Source of the DNA: Octopus vulgaris
Taxonomy: Eukaryota
Direction of reading: 5' to 3'
Assembly: GCA_951406725.2 (NCBI GenBank)
Contig: OX597816.1
Location: forward strand, 30,256,001 to 30,320,000
DNA: 64,000 bases
Shown: positions 58,514-64,000 of the stretch, piece by piece
How positions within the stretch are numbered: the stretch's first letter is position 1
Layout: the number at the start of each line of letters is the position of its first letter
The notes under the pieces: generated by a model
The model's input: only the letters and a program-made list of their open reading frames with translations
Told to the model about the DNA's origin: nothing
Databases searched by the model: none
Position numbers and translations under genes: made by a program

Positions 58514-59904
58514 TAGATAGATAGATAGATAGATAAATAGATATACATATATATATATATACATATTCACACATATATATATACGTATATATATACATAC
58601 ATACATACATATATATATACATGCATACATACACCTATAAAATCACATTCACTCATTAGCACCTCCAGCACACAGAGACAACTGCCAACAGGTCAATGAT
58701 GTGCCCCAGTTCTTTTGCAAAGCATCTTACCCGCGAGGGATTGATGAATGTTGGGTCGAGACGATCGTTCGTAGTGGTTTATAAAGAACCTCGTGAATTT
58801 CATTTTCTTTTTCTTCCTCTCATATTTATACATCAGCTGGTTTCGAGAGGCTATGGATCTACACCCGAAGAAATCGTGTCAGCTGCTGATGGTGGTGCAG
58901 CGTCTTTTTTTGTGGCTCTACCACAGTCCCACACGGGAGTGGCAGTCACGCACACTTAGAAGTGGATGTTCAGTTGGAACACAGAATACTGCGGTAATTA
59001 TCACGAGAGAAACTCCCTTATTGGCTTTCGGTGCAAAACTCACTCTTGTTTATATCGCTAGGGAAGAGATAATCTCCGCCACCGCCAGTGCCAAGACCAG
59101 CAGATACTGTGATTTCGGCATTTCCCTGGCCTCGTCAAAGAATGACGCCCAGACGCAAGAGATAGCGGCAATGTACCTCCACCAGCGATATAAAGAATCC
59201 GACTACCAGAATAAGTGCTTGTGTCGCGAATGATCTGATGACCTCGGTGTTGGCGGTGGTAGTGGCAGGATTTTATCTCCCCGGCTGTTACCCATGTCAG
59301 CTGCATAGATTTATCAATTTCTCAATCTCTACAATAATATACATATAATCTTTGGAAACATGCTACTGCATTTTGCATTCCCAAGAAAGGCTACCCCCCA
59401 ACTATTGTTCTGAGTTCGAATTCCGCCAAGGTCGACTTTGCCTTTCATCCTTTCGGGGTCGATAAATTAAGTACCAGTTACGCACTGACTTAATCCGTTT
59501 GTCTATCCTTGTTTGTCCCCTGTATGTTTAGCCCCTTGTGGGTAATAAAAAAAAAAGATATTTAACATAGGCATATGTAATCAAAAGTGGAGGGAGAAAT
59601 ATAATCTTATTTATGTCGATACCAGTACAAGACTGGTATTTATTCTTTCGGCGTTGTGAACTCAATGCTGCTGCAGATTTTTATCTAATGAAGCCTAGTC
59701 TCTTCCTAACGTCACAAGAACAATAATGTTAAAATAATACAAAGAAAGTAAGAAATGCGTTAGCAATTGTAGGCTGTCATTTCAAATTGGTGTATGTCTA
59801 GACAAAGGAAAATTAGGAAGAAGAGAAGCAAAAAGGAAAACAAATGCGTGCACATAAATGAGGTCGTGATGTGAATACTGGCTCATGGTTTCACAGACGC
59901 TTAG

Positions 59905-60200
59905 TTTTAGTTTCTCTCTCTATCCGCTCAGTCGAAGTCGACTCTCGGTCACTCGTTGGATCAGTGTCCTCCAGTCAGTTCTATCCTGGGCCGCTTCTTT
60001 CAGATTGGCTATGTCCATTCCGGTATCACTCTTGATGGTGTCAAGCCAGCGGGTTCTTGGTCGGCCTCTTCCTCTCTTGCCACTGACCATTCCGAGCATG
60101 ATGTCTTTCTCCAGGAATATTCTCCGCATAATATGACCGAAATATGCCAATCTATGCTTGGAGATCCTAGCTTCTAGCGACATTTTCGGCCTTATCTGTT
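59905..60200 (-). pseudogene. 3' end of an RTE (BovB-like) LINE ORF
   Basis: SLEARISKHRLAYFGHIMRR..LEKDIMLGMVSGKRGRGRPRTRWLD..AAQDRTDWR is the typical RTE C-terminus. Confidence 0.88.
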
Positions 60201-60769
60201 TTAGTTTAGCGTTGTTATTTAGCCTCAGAGCAACCTTGGAGAAGTAAATCTAAGATTAAAAAGCGTTCAGTCATCAAGTATTTACGTTTATCAAACACAA
60301 CATTGTCTAATGTGTCCTTTCTTGGATGAGATTTTCTTTCTCTTCCTCAGTAAAAAGAGACAAGAACCAGTGTAGTTTCGGCTTGTGGTGTAAGTGCATG
60401 AAGCATGGTTGGAGAGCGTCAGGAAAGAATGGAGGTTCTTATCAACTGCATAAGAGTGTTGTTCTTGACTGTAAGAAGATTATTGATGTTCAGAAGGAAG
60501 AGATTGGGGTATAAAATCAAAAGTCTGGGGCTCAGAAGAAATGGTTAAATGTGGGACAATTGCTAACGCATTTCTTACTTTCTTTGTATTATTTTAACAT
60601 TATTGTTCTTGTGACATTAGGAAGAGACAAAGCAACATTAGATAAAAATCTGCAGCAGCATTGAGTTCACAACACCGAAAGAATAAATACCAGTCTTGTA
60701 CTGGTATCGATATAAATAAGATGATATTTCTCCCTCCACTTTTGATTACATATGCCTATGTTAAATATC

Positions 60770-60976
60770 TGTTTCTTTATTACCCACGAGGGGCTAAACA
60801 GAGAGGGGACAAACAAGGACAGACAAACGGATTAAGTCGATTACATCGACTCCCCGTGCGTAACTGGTACTTAATTTATCGACCCCGAAAGGATGAAAGG
60901 CAAAGTCGACCTCGGCGGAATTTGAACTCAGAACGTAACGGCAGACGAAATACGGCTACGCATTTCGCCCGGCGCC
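60770..60976 (-). mobile_element. SINE family A with 24-bp TSD
   Basis: TTACATATGCCTATGTTAAATATC at 60746-60769 and 60977-61000. Confidence 0.92.
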
Positions 60977-61004
60977 TTACATATGCCTATGTTAAATATC
61001 ATTA

Positions 61005-61480
61005 AAGGCAGCAAGCTGGCAGACTCGTTTGCACGCTGAATAAAATACTTAGTAGCATTTTTTCCGGCTTTACGGTCTGTGCTTAAATATCTTCGGAGGT
61101 AGATTTTGGCTTTCATCCTTTCTGGAACGATAAAATAAGAAACTGTTGAGCACTGGGTGGGTGTAATCAACTTGCCCCCTCCCTCGAAATTTCAGCCCTT
61201 ACGCTCACAATAGAAAGAAAACTTATTGTTCTCATGACAATCCAGCTGTATTCCACTTAATATTACAGCAAGCTGACAGAATCGTTAGCATGCCGGACGA
61301 AATGCTCAGCAGCATTTAGTCCGCCTTTATGTTCTAAGTTCAAATTCCGCCGAAATACACTTTGCCTTTCATCCTTTTGGGGTTGATAAAATAAGTATCA
61401 TTTGAGCACTGGAGTCGATGTGATTGGTTTATCCCACCGTCACCGAAGTTGCTGGCCTTGTGCCAAAATTTGAAACCAAT
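61005..61480 (+). mobile_element. Two older SINE A-related copies
   Basis: Diverged heads CAGCAAGCTG.CAGA at ~61009 and ~61266. Confidence 0.75.
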
Positions 61481-61886
61481 ATTTCATTGCTCTATGTTCG
61501 GTAAAATAAGCACCTTTTAAAAGTTGAGGTTAAATTATTCGTTAATACCAACCGTATGAAAACCATTTAAGTTAAATCTAATTAAATCTCATTAATTACA
61601 AAACACAGAAAAATCGTAATTTCATGCATTTTCAAAATGTAATGATAGAAGGTGGTTTTACACGCATGCACATGCGCACACACACACACGCACGCACACA
61701 CACACACACACACGCACACACACGCACACACATACACCACTCTTGCGTTTATATATATAACGGTCAGCTAAGATTATCTCAGCAATTAGGTGACAAACGC
61801 TTAGTCATGGAGTGTTTAAGATAATAAAAATAATAAAATAACGAACACTAACAAGATTAGCTGATCAAAATTTTAGGACAATAATT

Positions 61887-61943
<57 letters not shown>

Positions 61944-61961
61944 ATATCTATATATACGTTT

Positions 61962-62106
61962 AAATATTTGTTGTGCAAGATTTTTTATGTGAAGTCGTGT
62001 TGAAACAGATATTGTTATATTTCGGAAGCAAAATAACACCAAATATATAGTGCGTGTGTTTTTATTGGCTAAACTGGCAATATGACCATTCCGAAATATA
62101 ACAATA
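61962..62106 (+). mobile_element. Internally deleted copy of the 23970-24422 element
   Basis: Both ends of that element joined at TTTCGGAA|GCAAA; (TA)n on both sides. Confidence 0.8.
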
Positions 62107-62310
62107 TATATATATATATATATATAAGTAGTCAAGCGACCGTTTAATAAATAACGAATTTAATAATTTGGAATAAATATAATTTTTCGTAATCAACAAA
62201 ACTGCCTTTCTATGCTATATACTGATTACTTAATGCATACGCGCGCGCACGATATTGTATATGTCTGCTATATACTTGTAACTATTCATTTTGCCAACTG
62301 AATAAAACAC

Positions 62311-62350
62311 TTCGCTGAGGAGGTGTAATAAGACTGAAACATGTTTATTG
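62311..62350 (+). ncRNA. Minimal hammerhead ribozyme motif
   Basis: CTGAGGA-GGT(gtaataag)ACT-GAAA-CATG-TT; palindromic ACATGT stem III; stem I poor. Confidence 0.4.
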
Positions 62351-63220
62351 CTGTCACTAGTTGAGTTTAAAGACTAGATTCATTCCAATCTGCTTTGTTC
62401 ATTGTCCTAAAAACTTTAATCAACTAATTTTGTTAGCATTCGTTAATTTATTATTTTTGTTATTTTAAATACTCTCTGAGGGAGTTGTTGTCAACTAATT
62501 GCTGAGATGATCCCAGCTGACCGTTATTTTTCATCTCACTATATTACATAAGTGGCATTCTGTTATATTCCTTCTTCACACCGAAGGGACTCAAAGACCG
62601 CAGTTTTCCCCCACCCACCACAAAATATGTGATCTTTTGTGAATATGTACAAAATCCTTTATGTTGTGTTTTTCATTGGGGGCTTTGCACCCCTTAGAAG
62701 GCCCAGAGAGGATTGAAAGGGAGGCGTAAACTTGAACATGTTTATTGACATTAAGGTGGTTTCCAAACTTTTAAACTATTCAAACATCGTGGTGTAGAAA
62801 GAATTATAAAGATGCAAACTGTTCTTTCATCTCTTTAATAGGAGGATGGGCGACATTTTTTCTAATATTTGGGCGGACAGGGAATGGTATTCAGAATGAT
62901 AACCACTGCTATACGTTGTTATGATAAGGCTGTAAAGTGGTGGAAGTACTAAAGCACATGACTAAATGTCATACATTAATTTTATACTTCTAAGTTTAAG
63001 CACAATTGGAGTCGACGTGACCTTTCATTCTTTTGAGGTCGATAACGTAAGTTGCGCTCATAAAATTGGAGACAGCGAAATGATCAATTCTAGATCTTGT
63101 CGAAGAAGTTCCTACATAGTAGTTTCAATTGATGAAAATAATAACCAAACTTCCATCAAATCGCACACTACTCTCTTAAAAAAAAAAAAAGAACATTCGA
63201 TTCATTACTACAGAATATAT

Positions 63221-63452
63221 ATTTCTTTACTACCCACAAGGGGCTAAACACAGAGGAGACAAACAAGGACAGACAAACGGATTAAGTCGATTACATCGAC
63301 CCCAGTGCGTAACTGGTACTTAATTTATCGACCCCGGAAGGATGAAAGGCAAAGTCGACCTCGGTGGAATTTGAACTCGGAACGTAACGGCAGACGAAAT
63401 ACGGCAACGCATTTCGCCCGGCGTGCTAACGTTTCTGCCAGCTCGCCGCCTT
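63221..63452 (-). mobile_element. SINE family A monomer with 13-bp TSD
   Basis: TSD CTACAGAATATAT at 63208 and 63453. Confidence 0.94.
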
Positions 63453-64000
63453 CTACAGAATATATGGTGGTATTGCCATGAGTGGAATGTCTTTTGGCAA
63501 TAGGCTTGCTTGATTATGGCTGATCCAGAGCTAAACAACAACAACAGCAACAACAGCAACAACATAAATAGCTGCGATATCATTTATTCTTTAAAGGCCG
63601 AACAACAAATATATATCTCCGACTTCACTCTTCATTTATTTGGAGGTAAATAATATCAGAAGGACTTATGCACGATCGTCGATTCAAATGACTTAGCTTC
63701 TTCCTTACAAGCTAGAGGACTACATATTCCAACATTACTTTCATTTTTATATGATAGAGTCTGGTATACGAGTATGTTGGCTGCTATTTGTAGCTGGGTA
63801 AACGGTTTTGAATAGATTTCCCCCACGTTAATTGGTAATCCCCTCGTCAATTCATAATCTGCTCTTTGACTGGCGTTTCCTCTGACTCGTAACGCCTTCA
63901 CTGATTTCTGATTCCCTCATTAACTCGTAATCTTATAAACTCGTAATCCCTAACGACTCTAATTCTCTCAATGTCTCATGACCCATTAACTGTCAGGGCA

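Overview
AT-rich, repeat-saturated eukaryotic DNA that is intergenic or lies in a very large intron. The mix of tRNA-derived SINEs and long (TA)n/(TTA)n/(TCTA)n/(TACA)n tracts resembles an octopus-like cephalopod genome (inference). No intact host gene was found; nearly all ORF-track entries are microsatellite or SINE artefacts. Content: three tRNA-headed SINE families (A, which often forms ~184-bp head-to-tail concatemers; B, with a CORE-like domain; G), a (TAA)n-tailed family C, four copies of a ~400-bp MITE with 8-bp TSDs and internal TTAGGG repeats, Tc1/mariner remnants, and decayed LINE pieces (RTE, R4/Dong-like). The most interesting signal is type I hammerhead-ribozyme motifs in about five unrelated short non-coding elements, mostly embedded in (TA)n tracts. 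Two of these have the inverted or direct terminal-repeat layout of Penelope-like or retrozyme-like elements. Many fold-back structures are also present. All calls were made by eye, with no database searches or folding computations.
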